A stretch of 64,000 nt of DNA from Cyanobacteria bacterium J06627_8 (lineage in GTDB: Bacteria; Cyanobacteriota; Cyanobacteriia; CAKZMO01), in the NCBI GenBank assembly GCA_038520475.1, contig JBCBLF010000001.1, positions 9,509 through 73,508 of the forward strand. Reading direction: 5' to 3'. Each line of letters starts with the position of its first letter. Position 1 is the stretch's first letter. The notes under the pieces are model-generated. The model had not been told where the DNA came from, made no database searches, and saw nothing but the letters and a program-made list of their open reading frames with translations. The position numbers and the translations under genes were made by a program. This document shows, piece by piece, positions 49,842 through 61,055 of this stretch.

Positions 49842-50945
49842 ATGGCCTTTATCCTGACGTTTTTGGGAAAGGGAGAAGCCAACCGTTCGGCGATCGCTGC
49901 GGCCGCAGCCCATCGCTGCGCCCGTGATGGCAAGCGAGTCCTTTTTCTGAGCCAAGATGTTGGGCCCTCGGTGGAGCTTCTCCTGGGAGTTGAGCTGACT
50001 GATGAACCGTTGACGATTGCGCCCAATCTGAGCGTAATGCACCTTCAAACGGCAAAGTTGCTAGAAAAAAGCTGGGATGAATTGAAGCGTCAAGAGGCCC
50101 AATATTTGAAGACTCCCTTCTTCAAAGAAGTCTATGGGCAGGAGTTAGGTGTATTACCGGGGATGGATCAAGCGTTAGGGCTCAATGCCCTACGTGAATA
50201 TGATGCCTCCGGTGATTACGACGTCATTGTCTACGATGGTGATGGACAACTCAACACCCTGCGCATGTTTGGGATGCCTGAGATTTTAAGCTGGTACCTG
50301 CGTCGATTTCGGGGAGTGTTTGCCAATTCAGATTTAGGTAAAACACTCTCACCCTTTATTCAGCCAGTTGCCAGTGCAGTGTTGAATGTAGATTGGTCTG
50401 GAGACATCTTTTCATCTCAGCCCGCGAGTCAGGCAAACAATATGCTCGACCAGGGCATGGCTGCGGTTGCCAATCCTCAACGGGTGGCGGCTTATTTGGT
50501 CACAAACCAATCTCCAAGGGCGATCGCAACGGCTCAATATCTGTGGGGGGCGGCTCAACAGGTTGGGTTAACCATCGGAGGGGTTGTCTTGAATGCCGAT
50601 TCAGCTGGAGAAGACATCAAAAACACGTTTGCTCCGTTGCCCATCACTGCCGTCTCTGGTCAAAATGATACCCCCTTACCTGAATTGGCTGACCGCTTGC
50701 CCGCTTTCAATGATGCGCTGAATGCGCCGTCCCCAATGACAGTTGATTTACCATCCCGGCAGGTGAAGTTGTTTCTACCAGGCTTTACGAAGCAACAAGT
50801 CAAGCTCACTCAATACGGACCGGAAGTCACGATTGAGGCAGGGGACCAGCGCCGAAACGTCATGCTACCCGCTGCTCTCCAAGGTAAGTCTGTTGCAGGG
50901 GCAAAGTTTCAGGATGGCTATCTGATTATTACCTTTGCTGCGTAG
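49842..50945 (+). CDS. ArsA/GET3-family ATPase with C-terminal HSP20-like domain
   Basis: Deviant Walker A FLGKGEAN...; the C-terminal beta domain resembles ArsA_HSP20. Confidence 0.65.
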   Translation: MAFILTFLGKGEANRSAIAAAAAHRCARDGKRVLFLSQDVGPSVELLLGVELTDEPLTIAPNLSVMHLQTAKLLEKSWDELKRQEAQYLKTPFFKEVYGQELGVLPGMDQALGLNALREYDASGDYDVIVYDGDGQLNTLRMFGMPEILSWYLRRFRGVFANSDLGKTLSPFIQPVASAVLNVDWSGDIFSSQPASQANNMLDQGMAAVANPQRVAAYLVTNQSPRAIATAQYLWGAAQQVGLTIGGVVLNADSAGEDIKNTFAPLPITAVSGQNDTPLPELADRLPAFNDALNAPSPMTVDLPSRQVKLFLPGFTKQQVKLTQYGPEVTIEAGDQRRNVMLPAALQGKSVAGAKFQDGYLIITFAA

Positions 50946-51087
50946 CCGTCGATAACGTGTTCGGGATTCACCGTGGTGGTCCTTCCTTGTTTAGATGGTT
51001 CTTGGTTATGAGTGTCTCGCCGTTTGCTGACTCCAACCTTAAATTGAATTCCATTCAATTTGATTTCAATCGATTCCAAACTGGTCG

Positions 51088-52143
51088 TTGAGTGTCCTTA
51101 TGTCAGATCCTATGTCATCCGAATCGTCTCCGAATGCGTCTCAGTCTGAACAACCTACCGCCTCAGAAGCAATCGCTTCTGAGGCCACCAATACCCGAGG
51201 CGAACAAGCACGACAGCTCCTGGGAATGAAAGGGGCTGGTACGGGAGAGACTTCTATTTGGAAAATCCGCCTCCAATTGATGAAGCCCATCACCTGGATT
51301 CCATTAATCTGGGGAGTGCTATGTGGTGCAGCATCGTCTGGCAGATTTACATGGACTATCGAGAATGTGCTGGTTGCGCTAGCTTGCATGTTGCTGTCAG
51401 GACCGCTGCTCGCGGGCTATACCCAAACGCTCAACGATTTCTATGACCGTGAAATCGATGCAATTAACGAACCCTATCGCCCCATTCCGTCCGGGGCAAT
51501 TTCAGTACCCCAGGTTGTGACTCAAATTCTAGTCCTGCTGTTTGCTGGTATTGGCATTGCTTTCCTTTTGGATAAATGGGCTGGCCATACGTTCCCGATC
51601 ATGACCGCTCTGGCCCTTGGCGGCTCATTTCTGTCTTACATTTACTCTGCCCCTCCGTTGAAGCTGAAAAAGAACGGATGGTTGGGGAATTATGCACTCG
51701 GAGCCAGCTATATTGCACTGCCGTGGTGGGCAGGCCAAGCTTTATTCGGTACACTCACCTGGCCGATTGTCATCTTGACGTTGTTCTATAGTCTGGCAGG
51801 CTTAGGAATTGCCGTTGTGAATGACTTCAAAAGCGTGGAGGGCGATCGCCAACTTGGGCTCCAGTCTCTTCCCGTCATGTTTGGTATTCAGACGGCATCA
51901 TGGATTTGTGTGTTGATGATTGACATTTTCCAGGCCGGAGTTGCTCTCTACCTCATCAGCATTGGTCAACATCTCTACGCCACAATCCTGATTTTGTTTA
52001 TCGTTCCGCAGATCACGTTTCAAGACATGTATTTCCTGCGCGATCCCCTAGAAAACGATGTGAAATATCAGGCCAGTGCTCAGCCCTTCTTGGTGTTTGG
52101 AATGTTAGTCACAGGATTGGCGTTGGGCAGCGTCGTCGTATAA
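51088..52143 (+). CDS. chlG: Chlorophyll synthase (UbiA prenyltransferase)
   Basis: UbiA motifs NDFYDREID, and the typical ChlG N-terminus MKPITWIPLIWGVLCGAASSG. Confidence 0.8.
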   Translation: MSVLMSDPMSSESSPNASQSEQPTASEAIASEATNTRGEQARQLLGMKGAGTGETSIWKIRLQLMKPITWIPLIWGVLCGAASSGRFTWTIENVLVALACMLLSGPLLAGYTQTLNDFYDREIDAINEPYRPIPSGAISVPQVVTQILVLLFAGIGIAFLLDKWAGHTFPIMTALALGGSFLSYIYSAPPLKLKKNGWLGNYALGASYIALPWWAGQALFGTLTWPIVILTLFYSLAGLGIAVVNDFKSVEGDRQLGLQSLPVMFGIQTASWICVLMIDIFQAGVALYLISIGQHLYATILILFIVPQITFQDMYFLRDPLENDVKYQASAQPFLVFGMLVTGLALGSVVV

Positions 52144-52164
52144 ACATCTTGAGTAAATCTGGCT

Positions 52165-53211
52165 TTACGAGGCCATTAGGGCATCCATCAGAGGTTCAAC
52201 GCTGTAGCGAATAGCATCCGTGCAAGGGAGTCCAATTTCATCTTGAGTGCGGGCGATCGCTCGTTTTGCTTCTTCATCCGATAATCCAAAGGTATTGAGT
52301 GCAACTCCCGCCACTTTTGCGGGAGTAAATGTACCTGCCCCAGAAGCTACCATTTCACAGAGCTGAATGGCATCTGATAACGGCGGAATTTTGAAATCCG
52401 AGAAGTTCCAGACATGGGTTTGTCCAACTCGATGCACCATGATGAGGTGCGTCGGCTGGCTCCCTCGCATCAAGGGCAATGTCGCCGTAGATGCAGGATT
52501 CATCAATGACCCTTGGCCTTCGATGTGAACAATGTCGCTGCTTGCCCCCTGACGCATGACGGCTTGTTCTACTGCTCCTGCTGCAAAGTCAATGCGAACC
52601 GCATCAAGAGGGATGCCGTCATGGCCAAGCATCAGTCCCGTTTGCCCGGTCGCCACAAACGTCGATCGTAATCCTCTTTCTTTCGAGGCTCGATATAGCT
52701 CAAGGCTTGTAGACATTTTGCCGACGCTCATATCAGTTGCGACTGTCAGCACTCGCTTACAAGCCAGCGATCGCGCCTTTCCACTACCAACACTTAATCC
52801 TGATGGTTCTTGCCGGACATCCCAAATCCACTGATCGTCTCGCAATAGTTCAGTGAGTTGTGGATCACCAGCCATTGACGTGTGCAACCCATTGACAACA
52901 GAGAGTCCAGAAGCAACTCCTTGTTTGAGTTCTTGAAACCATGCATCGGGCAAGGCTCCACCTGAAGGAGCAATGCCAATGGCTAATACATCAGGCTCAT
53001 AGACTAATGCACTGGTAACAGAATCGACAATTGGGACGTCTCGTTGAATTCCGGTGACGTCAAACACTGACGTCCCAACACAACTGTGGTCAATCACCGC
53101 GACAATAGGCAGCTCGCTGTAGCGCAGCAGCGAAATGCCTGTCTTTCCTTTCGAACCAGAGAGTCCTTCGTGCAGGAGAATCGCGATCTTGTGATGCGGT
53201 TTCAGATGCAT
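52165..53211 (-). CDS. DUF1611 domain protein (DgcN-like N-acetyltransferase family)
   Basis: Family-typical N-terminus HKIAILLHEGLSGSKGKTG. ATG at 53211; the ORF track extends to 53244 via TTG. Confidence 0.55.
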   Translation of the reverse strand: MHLKPHHKIAILLHEGLSGSKGKTGISLLRYSELPIVAVIDHSCVGTSVFDVTGIQRDVPIVDSVTSALVYEPDVLAIGIAPSGGALPDAWFQELKQGVASGLSVVNGLHTSMAGDPQLTELLRDDQWIWDVRQEPSGLSVGSGKARSLACKRVLTVATDMSVGKMSTSLELYRASKERGLRSTFVATGQTGLMLGHDGIPLDAVRIDFAAGAVEQAVMRQGASSDIVHIEGQGSLMNPASTATLPLMRGSQPTHLIMVHRVGQTHVWNFSDFKIPPLSDAIQLCEMVASGAGTFTPAKVAGVALNTFGLSDEEAKRAIARTQDEIGLPCTDAIRYSVEPLMDALMAS

Positions 53212-53429
53212 AATGTCAACGCCAAGCGCAATGGGATAAAGCAAAGTTAACCAACTGTATCGCTTAGAGAATGTGGTAAATGCTACAGTGGCTCTACAGA
53301 TTAACCGTCATCCTATAGTAAAGCGCTCAGTCATAGCAGAGTCGTAGAGTATTTGGGCGTGCGAGCTAGCCTAGACGCTCATGTATTGGTTTTTCTCAGA
53401 ATAACCAAACTTTCAATTCCCCTTTAAAG

Positions 53430-54314
53430 TTGCTCACGAACAACCTTATGGTACAACCTGCGCTGAATTCGTCTGACCTGAGTGTTCCTGAGCCATCGTC
53501 CAATAAGCGATACCTGAGGCCTTCTGTATTTTGGAGCATCCGACAAGGATTTCCCAAATGGCTTTCAATTGCAATTGTTTCGTTCTCGCTAGCCGTACCG
53601 ATGGTCTTGTGGGCACTCTTCAGCTACACCGGCTGGGTCGAGCCCATTTTTCTGCCAACACCAACAGCAGTTATCCAATCAGGTTGGGAGCTATTCACAG
53701 AAGATCACTTGGCAATAGATGTTTTAGCAAGCTGTGGTCGTGTGGCAGGTGGTTTTCTTCTTGCGGCTCTGATTGGAGTACCGATGGGGATTATGATGGG
53801 CACCTTTAGCAGCATGGATAGCTTATTTGCACCCATTGTTGGAACCATTCGCTACATGCCAGTTATGGCTTTTGTTCCACTTATCATTATTTGGGTCGGG
53901 TTGGGCGAAGGAGCAAAAATTCTCATCATCTGCTTGGGTGTCGTTTTGTACAACGCCATCATGGTTGCAGATGCAGTAAAGTTCATTCCTAACGAGATGA
54001 TTAATGTGGCCTATACGCTTGGGGCTAATCGCCGTGATGTGTTGACGAAGGTGATTATTCCTGCCACGTTTCCTAATGTGCTTGATACGCTAAGAGTCAA
54101 TATTTCAGGAGCTTGGAATTTTTTAGTCATTGCTGAATTGGTTGCGGCTCAGACAGGACTAGGATTCAAAATTGTCCAAGCTCAGCGGTTTTTACAAACT
54201 GAAAAAGTTTTATTTTGCATTGTGGTGATTGGCCTCATCGGGCTACTGCTTGATTACGGGCTGAGATGGATCTCTAGATTTCTCACTCCATGGGCTGATC
54301 AAGCTCAAGGATAG
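53430..54314 (+). CDS. ABC transporter permease (NitT/TauT-type), orphan: no ATPase or SBP gene adjacent
   Basis: 6 TM helices; EAA-like loop ANRRDVLTKVIIPATFP. Confidence 0.7.
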   Translation: MLTNNLMVQPALNSSDLSVPEPSSNKRYLRPSVFWSIRQGFPKWLSIAIVSFSLAVPMVLWALFSYTGWVEPIFLPTPTAVIQSGWELFTEDHLAIDVLASCGRVAGGFLLAALIGVPMGIMMGTFSSMDSLFAPIVGTIRYMPVMAFVPLIIIWVGLGEGAKILIICLGVVLYNAIMVADAVKFIPNEMINVAYTLGANRRDVLTKVIIPATFPNVLDTLRVNISGAWNFLVIAELVAAQTGLGFKIVQAQRFLQTEKVLFCIVVIGLIGLLLDYGLRWISRFLTPWADQAQG

Positions 54315-54401
54315 CTGCGTCGCATCGGCAGTACAAACGGTCACGAACAAGACTATGTAAGTCTGACACCAGAATTTAAGTCCTGTTGGTAGGTAGTACT
54401 T

Positions 54402-54995
54402 ATGGTCCTTTCCGTTGATTACAAATCAACCGCTTTATTAGTTATCGATTTCCAGGAGGACGTATTTACTGGAGGACCACTACCAACTGTTGGGGCAGCA
54501 GATGTGCTTCCACGAGCAAAGCAAGTTTTAAGCGCTGTCCGTCACACTGGGTTACCTATCATTCATACAAAAGAAGTTCATCGAAAGGAAATGGTGGATT
54601 TTGGGCGTGAGTTAGATGGCGCAGAACCGGTTCACTGTTTGGAAACATGGTCTGGGACGGATTTTCATCCATCGCTATGTCCCCTCGATGGAGAACATGT
54701 CATTGTTAAACGACGATACAGTGCTTTTTTTGCAACCGATCTCGACTTATTACTACGCGGATTGGGTGTCAAGACGTTACTTATCATGGGTGCTCTGACC
54801 AACGTGTGTGTTCACTACACTGCATTGGATGCTCATCAAAACGATTACTTTTTTCACGTTATTGAAGACTGCTGCATTGGCTCAGATTGGGACGCACACT
54901 GGGCAGCCCTAAAAGCGATGGCTTACCTACAGCGAACATCCCGCATAAGTCATACAGATGCGATCGCAGCCTCGAGGTCCATGACCTTAACATGA
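54402..54995 (+). CDS. Isochorismatase-family hydrolase (second copy)
   Basis: ALLVIDFQEDVF and TNVCVHYTALDA motifs. Confidence 0.7.
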   Translation: MVLSVDYKSTALLVIDFQEDVFTGGPLPTVGAADVLPRAKQVLSAVRHTGLPIIHTKEVHRKEMVDFGRELDGAEPVHCLETWSGTDFHPSLCPLDGEHVIVKRRYSAFFATDLDLLLRGLGVKTLLIMGALTNVCVHYTALDAHQNDYFFHVIEDCCIGSDWDAHWAALKAMAYLQRTSRISHTDAIAASRSMTLT

Positions 54996-55125
54996 TGCGC
55001 GATGAGCAAATTGGCAAAGTCGTAGAGATGTAAAAAATATTACTCCCACTCGTCAGTACACATACTCATTCAACACCTACAGCATGGGTTACACAGCTTA
55101 GCCAGCTTCTCAAAGCCATAACGCA

Positions 55126-55192
55126 AAAATAGGGAGATGGGTGTGCCTTACGCACCCAATCTCCCTATTTCTGAGCAAACCTTGCCAAGTCG
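55126..55192. repeat. Copy 3 of the dispersed hairpin + TTGCCAAG element
   Basis: AAAATAGGGAGATGGGTGTG-CCTTA-CGCACCCAATCTCCCTATTT ... CTTGCCAAG. Confidence 0.65.
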
Positions 55193-55233
55193 CGTAATTT
55201 ACCGTGTGATTTATTTGGGCTAATACAGATGAC

Positions 55234-55431
55234 TTACCGAAGAACAGCTGGGCGAAGTTGAGTAAGCGGGTAAGCGCGATCGCATCCTTCTAAAAATCCC
55301 CATTTAAAGCCAGGTCGATCAAGGCGGCCAATGGTTCCATCAGGGGCAACGACTAGGTCTCCGCCTCGAAGCCCATGAGGATTGAGTTCATGCTTCGTCT
55401 TACCGTTGTACAGTCCCCAATAATCTATCAT
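55234..55431 (-). CDS. Possible small protein (65 aa)
   Basis: ATG start, HIP1 site inside, ends about 60 nt before the hairpin element. No family recognised. Confidence 0.3.
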   Translation of the reverse strand: MIDYWGLYNGKTKHELNPHGLRGGDLVVAPDGTIGRLDRPGFKWGFLEGCDRAYPLTQLRPAVLR

Positions 55432-56293
55432 TCTGGTTTTCCCTTTTGGCTCTGCACTTAGCTCGTGAACCTACGTAAGCTAAGCAAGTATTGCTATGTC
55501 GCTATTTACCCATCTACATCCGTATTCGCGCTTCACTACAACTACGTAACTCTGATCCATGTTGAAAACAGACACCGGTAAATGTACGGACACTCTGAAA
55601 TGAGTTAAACATACATCGGGCGAATGACCTGCTCAATTTAGCCCACCCAAGCTCACGTAGTACTTCAGCACGATTGACTGCAACAGCTCAGAGCCTCCCT
55701 TGTTTCAAATAATACAGCTCCACCCAACGTTCGACAGGGGAGCTTTAAGGGCTTGCACCAATCTTCATTGAATGTAATCCGGATATTAAGAAATGGTCAT
55801 CTTCCCTAGGATATTGGTCTAGATAGCTCAACACAGCGTCTGTCTTTAAACTGCCTTTGTATCATTTCCAAAATAGATTCACCCAATGATTGCGATGGAG
55901 TCTAACCATTGGACAGACCTCACAGCGATCACCCTTATACACAGCGATCAAATTTTTACAACGATCAAATTATGTGCCAATCCGAAAATACACATTAGGA
56001 CTTCTGTACAGGATTGGTACACGTTTCTCCGGATGTAGCGAATGTTTGTTCAAAAGGCGTTGAGATCATCACCCCTACTTAATCCCACCCAATTCATTCG
56101 GCTCTCCCTACTAGCGGGGTCTTGTACAAATCGTTACTCTATATAAAGAGTTACAAAATATTAAGTGCGTTCTCACAAAAAAGTAGATATCTGTTCAACG
56201 GCACATATGAGCCTGGCGTTTCACCAACAGTGCTGCTGACATTGAGAACGCTCCATTACATATCCCCGAGCAATCTGAGGAGAGCAACTCATA

Positions 56294-58819
56294 ATGTTTG
56301 AATACTTTAACGATAAATCGATTGCAGTTGTCATGTCAGCTCAACAAGAGGCTCGACGCTTGGGGCACAGCTTTGTTGGAACAGAGCAGATATTGCTTGG
56401 GCTACTTAATGAAGGAACGAGTCAAGCCGCTAGGGTATTAGAAGATTTGGGGATGTCTCTCGGCCAAGCAAGGCAGACGGTCGAGTCAATTATTGGACGC
56501 GGAAATGGACGCCTCTCTACTGATATTCCGCTCACACCCAAAACGAAGCGAGTATTGGAACTTTCACTTGAAATTGCTCGCAAATCAGCGGCTTCGGCAG
56601 TTCAGCCAGAGCACATTTTAGCTGCCATCACTCAAAACAAAACTAGTGTGGCCTACCGAGTGCTAGAGCGTTCTGAGGTGAAGCCTGACGATATTCTTGA
56701 ACGACTCCAATCGTTTGGATTGACTGACTTAGATGATACGGGGTCTGATGTCGAGTCCACGCCAGTTTTAGCCGGTAGTATGGAGGCATCTAGTGGACCG
56801 TCTAAAGGGCGTGGCGCACGGTCAAACGTTTTAGATGAGTTTGGAACCGATCTGACGGTCAAAGCTACTGAAGGACTACTTGATCCGGTCATAGGGCGTG
56901 ATCGAGAGATTGAGCGTGTAGTTCAAATCTTGGGTCGCCGCCGAAAGAACAATCCAATTCTCTTGGGTGATCCGGGCGTTGGTAAAACGGCGATCGCAGA
57001 AGGATTGGCCCAGCGCATTGCTAACAGAGATGTTCCAGGTGGGTTAGAAGACCAGAGAGTCATCAGTTTAGACATGGGGTCTCTAGTAAGTGGCACTCGA
57101 TTTCGAGGTGATTTCGAGGAGCGCCTCAACGCCATCATTAATGAAGTTACAAAAGCTGGAAACATCATCCTCGTTATCGATGAAATTCATACCCTAGTTG
57201 GCGGTGGGATGATGGACGGTGGCATGGATGCGGCAAACTTACTTAAGCCTGCTCTGGCAAGAGGTGTGCTTCAGTGCATTGGAGCAACAACACTCGATGA
57301 ATACCGAAAATATGTCGAGAAAGATGCTGCCCTTGAGCGACGCTTTCAACCTATTCAAGTGAATGCTCCGTCCGTGGATGAGAGCGTCGAAATTTTGCAT
57401 GGGTTACGCCATCGATACGAGGAGCATCACCAGCTTACTTTTAGCGATGATGCTTTGAAGGCTGCAGTTGTGCTCTCTGATCGGTACATTGCTGATCGAC
57501 ACTTGCCCGATAAGGCGATTGATCTAATGGATGAAGCTGGCTCACGTGTTCGCCTGCGGAACAGTAAGCAGTCAGGGGTTCAAGAGTTGAAAAAAGAACT
57601 CCGTACAATCCGTCAGGAAAAGCAAGAAGCCGTAGCAAATCAGGACTTTGATTTAGCGACTCAAAAGCGTGACCAAGAGCTTCAAATGGAGTCAGACATC
57701 CAGAAGAAGCTGGATACCCTCGCTGGAGAGGATAGCAGCACAGTGGAAGTGGTATCGCCCATCGTCACTGAGGAAGATATTGCCCAAGTCGTTGCAGCAT
57801 GGACAGGAGTTCCTGTTCAGCGATTGACCGAATCTGAATCTGCCTTGTTTATGCATCTAGAGGACACTCTCCATGAGCGCGTGATTGGTCAGAACGATGC
57901 AGTAACTGCTGTCGCTCGTGCAATTCGGCGATCGCGCTCTGGACTCAAAAACCCAAATCGGCCGATTGCTAGTCTGCTGTTTGCAGGTCCTACAGGTGTC
58001 GGTAAGACAGAACTCGCGAAGGCGATTGCTGATACGGTGTTTGGCTCTGAGGATGCGATGATTCGCTTGGATATGTCTGAGTTCATGGAGCGGCAAACCG
58101 TTTCTAAGCTTATTGGTTCACCTCCAGGATATGTGGGATTTGATGAGGGTGGTCAACTGACAGAGGCCGTTCGTCGTAAGCCCTATGCTGTCGTACTGAT
58201 GGACGAAATTGAAAAGGCTCATCCTGATGTTTTCAACATGCTGCTGCAAATTTTAGAAGACGGTCGCTTGACTGATGCAAAAGGTCGGACGGTTAGCTTC
58301 AAGAATGTGCTGATTATTATGACGTCGAACATTGGTTCGAACGTGATTGAAAAAGGCGGCAGCAGCATGGGATTTGAGTTCAGCGAACAAGGCGTAGGCG
58401 CATCACACTTCAATCGGATTCAATCATTAGTTCAAGACCAGATGAAGGAATACTTCAGACCTGAACTTATCAATCGAATTGACGAAATCATTGTGTTTCG
58501 TCCATTGGTTCGTGAAGAGGTCATGGACATTGCTGATGTACAGCTGCGCCAAATCAATGCTCGACTGTCTGAGCAAAACATTCGCCTCTCATTTACCGGA
58601 GCGTTCAAACAACATTTGGTCAATGAAGGGTTTGATCCAAGTTATGGCGCAAGGCCACTCCGTCGGGCGATCGCCCGCTTAGTCGAAGATGCCCTTGCTG
58701 AAGCAATGCTGTTAGGTACGGTTCAATCTGGTGATGAGGTTGTTATTGACGTTGACGACGATCATCAAGTTGCGGTTCGACCGTCGAAGCAGCTTGTGGA
58801 GTGCACTGCCTCTTCCTGA
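56294..58819 (+). CDS. clpC: Clp ATPase ClpC (two AAA+ modules, N-terminal Clp_N repeats, UVR-like linker)
   Basis: Clp_N motifs, two Walker A motifs ([16 protein letters not shown]), linker coiled coil. Confidence 0.85.
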   Translation: MFEYFNDKSIAVVMSAQQEARRLGHSFVGTEQILLGLLNEGTSQAARVLEDLGMSLGQARQTVESIIGRGNGRLSTDIPLTPKTKRVLELSLEIARKSAASAVQPEHILAAITQNKTSVAYRVLERSEVKPDDILERLQSFGLTDLDDTGSDVESTPVLAGSMEASSGPSKGRGARSNVLDEFGTDLTVKATEGLLDPVIGRDREIERVVQILGRRRKNNPILLGDPGVGKTAIAEGLAQRIANRDVPGGLEDQRVISLDMGSLVSGTRFRGDFEERLNAIINEVTKAGNIILVIDEIHTLVGGGMMDGGMDAANLLKPALARGVLQCIGATTLDEYRKYVEKDAALERRFQPIQVNAPSVDESVEILHGLRHRYEEHHQLTFSDDALKAAVVLSDRYIADRHLPDKAIDLMDEAGSRVRLRNSKQSGVQELKKELRTIRQEKQEAVANQDFDLATQKRDQELQMESDIQKKLDTLAGEDSSTVEVVSPIVTEEDIAQVVAAWTGVPVQRLTESESALFMHLEDTLHERVIGQNDAVTAVARAIRRSRSGLKNPNRPIASLLFAGPTGVGKTELAKAIADTVFGSEDAMIRLDMSEFMERQTVSKLIGSPPGYVGFDEGGQLTEAVRRKPYAVVLMDEIEKAHPDVFNMLLQILEDGRLTDAKGRTVSFKNVLIIMTSNIGSNVIEKGGSSMGFEFSEQGVGASHFNRIQSLVQDQMKEYFRPELINRIDEIIVFRPLVREEVMDIADVQLRQINARLSEQNIRLSFTGAFKQHLVNEGFDPSYGARPLRRAIARLVEDALAEAMLLGTVQSGDEVVIDVDDDHQVAVRPSKQLVECTASS

Positions 58820-58860
58820 TTCATCAAGTCGCTAGACGTGTAGTCCAAACCAGTATTTTT

Positions 58861-59007
58861 GAGAGAGCCGCGTGGAACGTGGCTCTCTCAAAAATATAGC
58901 GCTGTACATATTGATTAAGTACAGCGCTATATCTGTTCTCGTGTACACACGACTATGTAATCGACCAACTGAGTATGGTCACACTGGTGTGCATACTCAG
59001 TTGGTCG
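58861..59007. terminator. Three consecutive stem-loops (58861-58889, 58894-58932, 58962-59007) in the convergent gap between clpC and the PEP-CTERM gene
   Basis: TTTTT-GAGAGAGCCGCG..CGTGGCTCTCTC-AAAAA; ATATAGCGCTGTAC..GTACAGCGCTATAT; CGACCAACTGAGTATG..CATACTCAGTTGGTCG. Confidence 0.65.
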
Positions 59008-59040
59008 ATGGGTTTCAACGAACACGGATACCATTTAGTG

Positions 59041-59760
59041 CTAGCTCTGCTTGCGTCGCAATAGGGAGCCAAGTCCAACAACTCCAAGTGCTGCTACCGC
59101 ACCAGGTTCAGGGACATCGACTGTATCGGACTTAGAAATTGACGAAATCACTGCAACGGCATCAATATCTGCGCCTGACTTTGCTCCGCCATATCCATTC
59201 CTTCCATTATCAGTCAAGCGAACAAAAGAGAATAAGGAATTGGTATCTAAATCTGCATGACTGTCGAGCAGAGAATCGATATCAATTCCGATACCGGTAT
59301 CGATGGCGTAATCTTGCTTGTCTGCAAGTCCTGCGCTGTACCAGGTGTCGCCATCGCTGCTAATTTCGACTAACACATCTTCTGGATCTAAACCAATTTC
59401 AAAGATCCATAAATCAGAGTCCGTATTACCGCTGCCTGTTAGATAGTTGTCTGTAAAGCCTAAGGTTAGGGAACCCTCTCTACCCAAGGACACGCCAATA
59501 TCTTCTTTCCACGCCCCAAGCGCACCTCCACTCACCATTTCTGATGTCCAATTTGCTTCGCCAAGCGCTGTTTCAGGGTTGTTAAAACGATTACGTCCCC
59601 AATTTCGGCTCTCTCCCATTTCATAAGAAATGACAGTATCGGCATAACTTTCTGAACTCAAAGAAACGGCAACTGCAGCGGATGAGTCCAATTCAAGGAC
59701 ACCTACGGCAGCACCTAAAGCACCCAATAGAATCAAAGATTGACGATTAAGCATGAACAT
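59041..59760 (-). CDS. PEP-CTERM sorting-domain secreted protein (exosortase substrate)
   Basis: Signal peptide MFMLNRQSLILLGALGAAVG. C-terminal VPEPGAVAALGVVGLGSLLRRKQS. HIP1-free. The ORF track extends to 59829 via TTG. Confidence 0.65.
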   Translation of the reverse strand: MFMLNRQSLILLGALGAAVGVLELDSSAAVAVSLSSESYADTVISYEMGESRNWGRNRFNNPETALGEANWTSEMVSGGALGAWKEDIGVSLGREGSLTLGFTDNYLTGSGNTDSDLWIFEIGLDPEDVLVEISSDGDTWYSAGLADKQDYAIDTGIGIDIDSLLDSHADLDTNSLFSFVRLTDNGRNGYGGAKSGADIDAVAVISSISKSDTVDVPEPGAVAALGVVGLGSLLRRKQS

Positions 59761-59829
59761 TGCAACTCCAGTGACTAGCAATAATGAATTTAGACAGACG
59801 CCAAATCCATAAATAAAAACAGTTTTCAA

Positions 59830-59866
59830 TTTTGTGACCTTCTCTCAATGAGAGAAGGTCACAAAA
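59830..59866. promoter_or_regulatory. Perfect palindrome TTTTGTGACCTTCTCTCA-A-TGAGAGAAGGTCACAAAA, about 70 nt upstream of the PEP-CTERM gene start
   Basis: Read directly; 18-bp arms with no mismatch. Confidence 0.5.
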
Positions 59867-60557
59867 ACTAATCTCTAAATCTTCCAAAACTCGGCTCAGA
59901 CTAATACCTATTCCTTAAATTGGCGCACGCTAATACCTGTGGAACTCGCTCAGTAAAGAGGATCCACACAAGATTTAAAGCATCCATTTCTGGAACTGGT
60001 TTGACTGTCGTTTAAGATTGATGGTGAAACTCAACCTGGTCAAACTCCAGACTTTTTAAGTAGCGAAAGTTTCTTGGAGGAACATTGAATCTAGGCCAGA
60101 AAACCTAGATCAAAGAAAACTTAAATACTTAAAACAGTTATCGTGAGAAATCTTTGACGCTATAACGTCAAACAAATCAAACCGCTTACATTAGGGGCAC
60201 TGAAGCATCACCATATTTGAAGTATAAATATTAACCAAAGCTAATAAATGAGTAGAAGTAAGGCTTTTTCTATGATGTTTCCTTAAAGCTATCTGTACAT
60301 CTATCAAATTTTCGCCAGAGAAGCGTGAAAGCTATCGTTCTTATGCTTGAAGCAAAAGGTTTATTTGGTGTGGTGATCTGGCATCGCATTCGCTGAATCG
60401 TTCCAGCTTAAAATAGAGTGCTGTTTCGTTGATGGCACAATCTAGGAACGTTCACAACAGAATGAAGGTTCTGGAAAAATTCTGGAAAACCCATACGAAA
60501 AAGGGCAACGTGGATCATCACGTTGCCCTTTTTAAGGTTGCAATCAAGTATTGGTAG

Positions 60558-60890
60558 TTACGCAATTTTTTGCATTGTTGGAACGGGGACATTTTGAATA
60601 AATGCATCTTGATTTTCGAAGACATCAAACGCTTTATACATACCGGAAATCTCCAGGGTCATGCGCGCTTGAGGATTGAGGCCACAAAGTGCTAGACGGC
60701 AATCATTTTCACGGACCATCTTGAGAGCGATCGCCAGCGCACCCAAACCGCTGCTGTTGATGAACTGGACATCCCGAAAATCAATCAGGAGGTCTTTTGA
60801 ACCAGATGCCAGGCTTTGCTTGACCCAGTCTCGGATCTCCTGAGCATTAACCTCGGTTACGAATTGGGAGGGTTGAAAGACATTTAGCAT
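60558..60890 (-). CDS. STAS-domain anti-sigma-factor antagonist (SpoIIAA-like)
   Basis: FINSSGLGALAIALKMVRENDCRLALCG motif with the conserved phospho-Ser context. Confidence 0.75.
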   Translation of the reverse strand: MLNVFQPSQFVTEVNAQEIRDWVKQSLASGSKDLLIDFRDVQFINSSGLGALAIALKMVRENDCRLALCGLNPQARMTLEISGMYKAFDVFENQDAFIQNVPVPTMQKIA

Positions 60891-61055
60891 AGGTCAATGA
60901 ATTCCATAGCATTCAACTGTTATAAATTGCCCTAACTGGATACTTTAATATCTTAGTTAGAACTGCACATTAAACAAACAAAAGACATTACCAACATAGC
61001 CGCCGTAGGTGAATAAGACGAGTGTTCTTGCGTTGAATTGTTAAAGACTTTCGAC

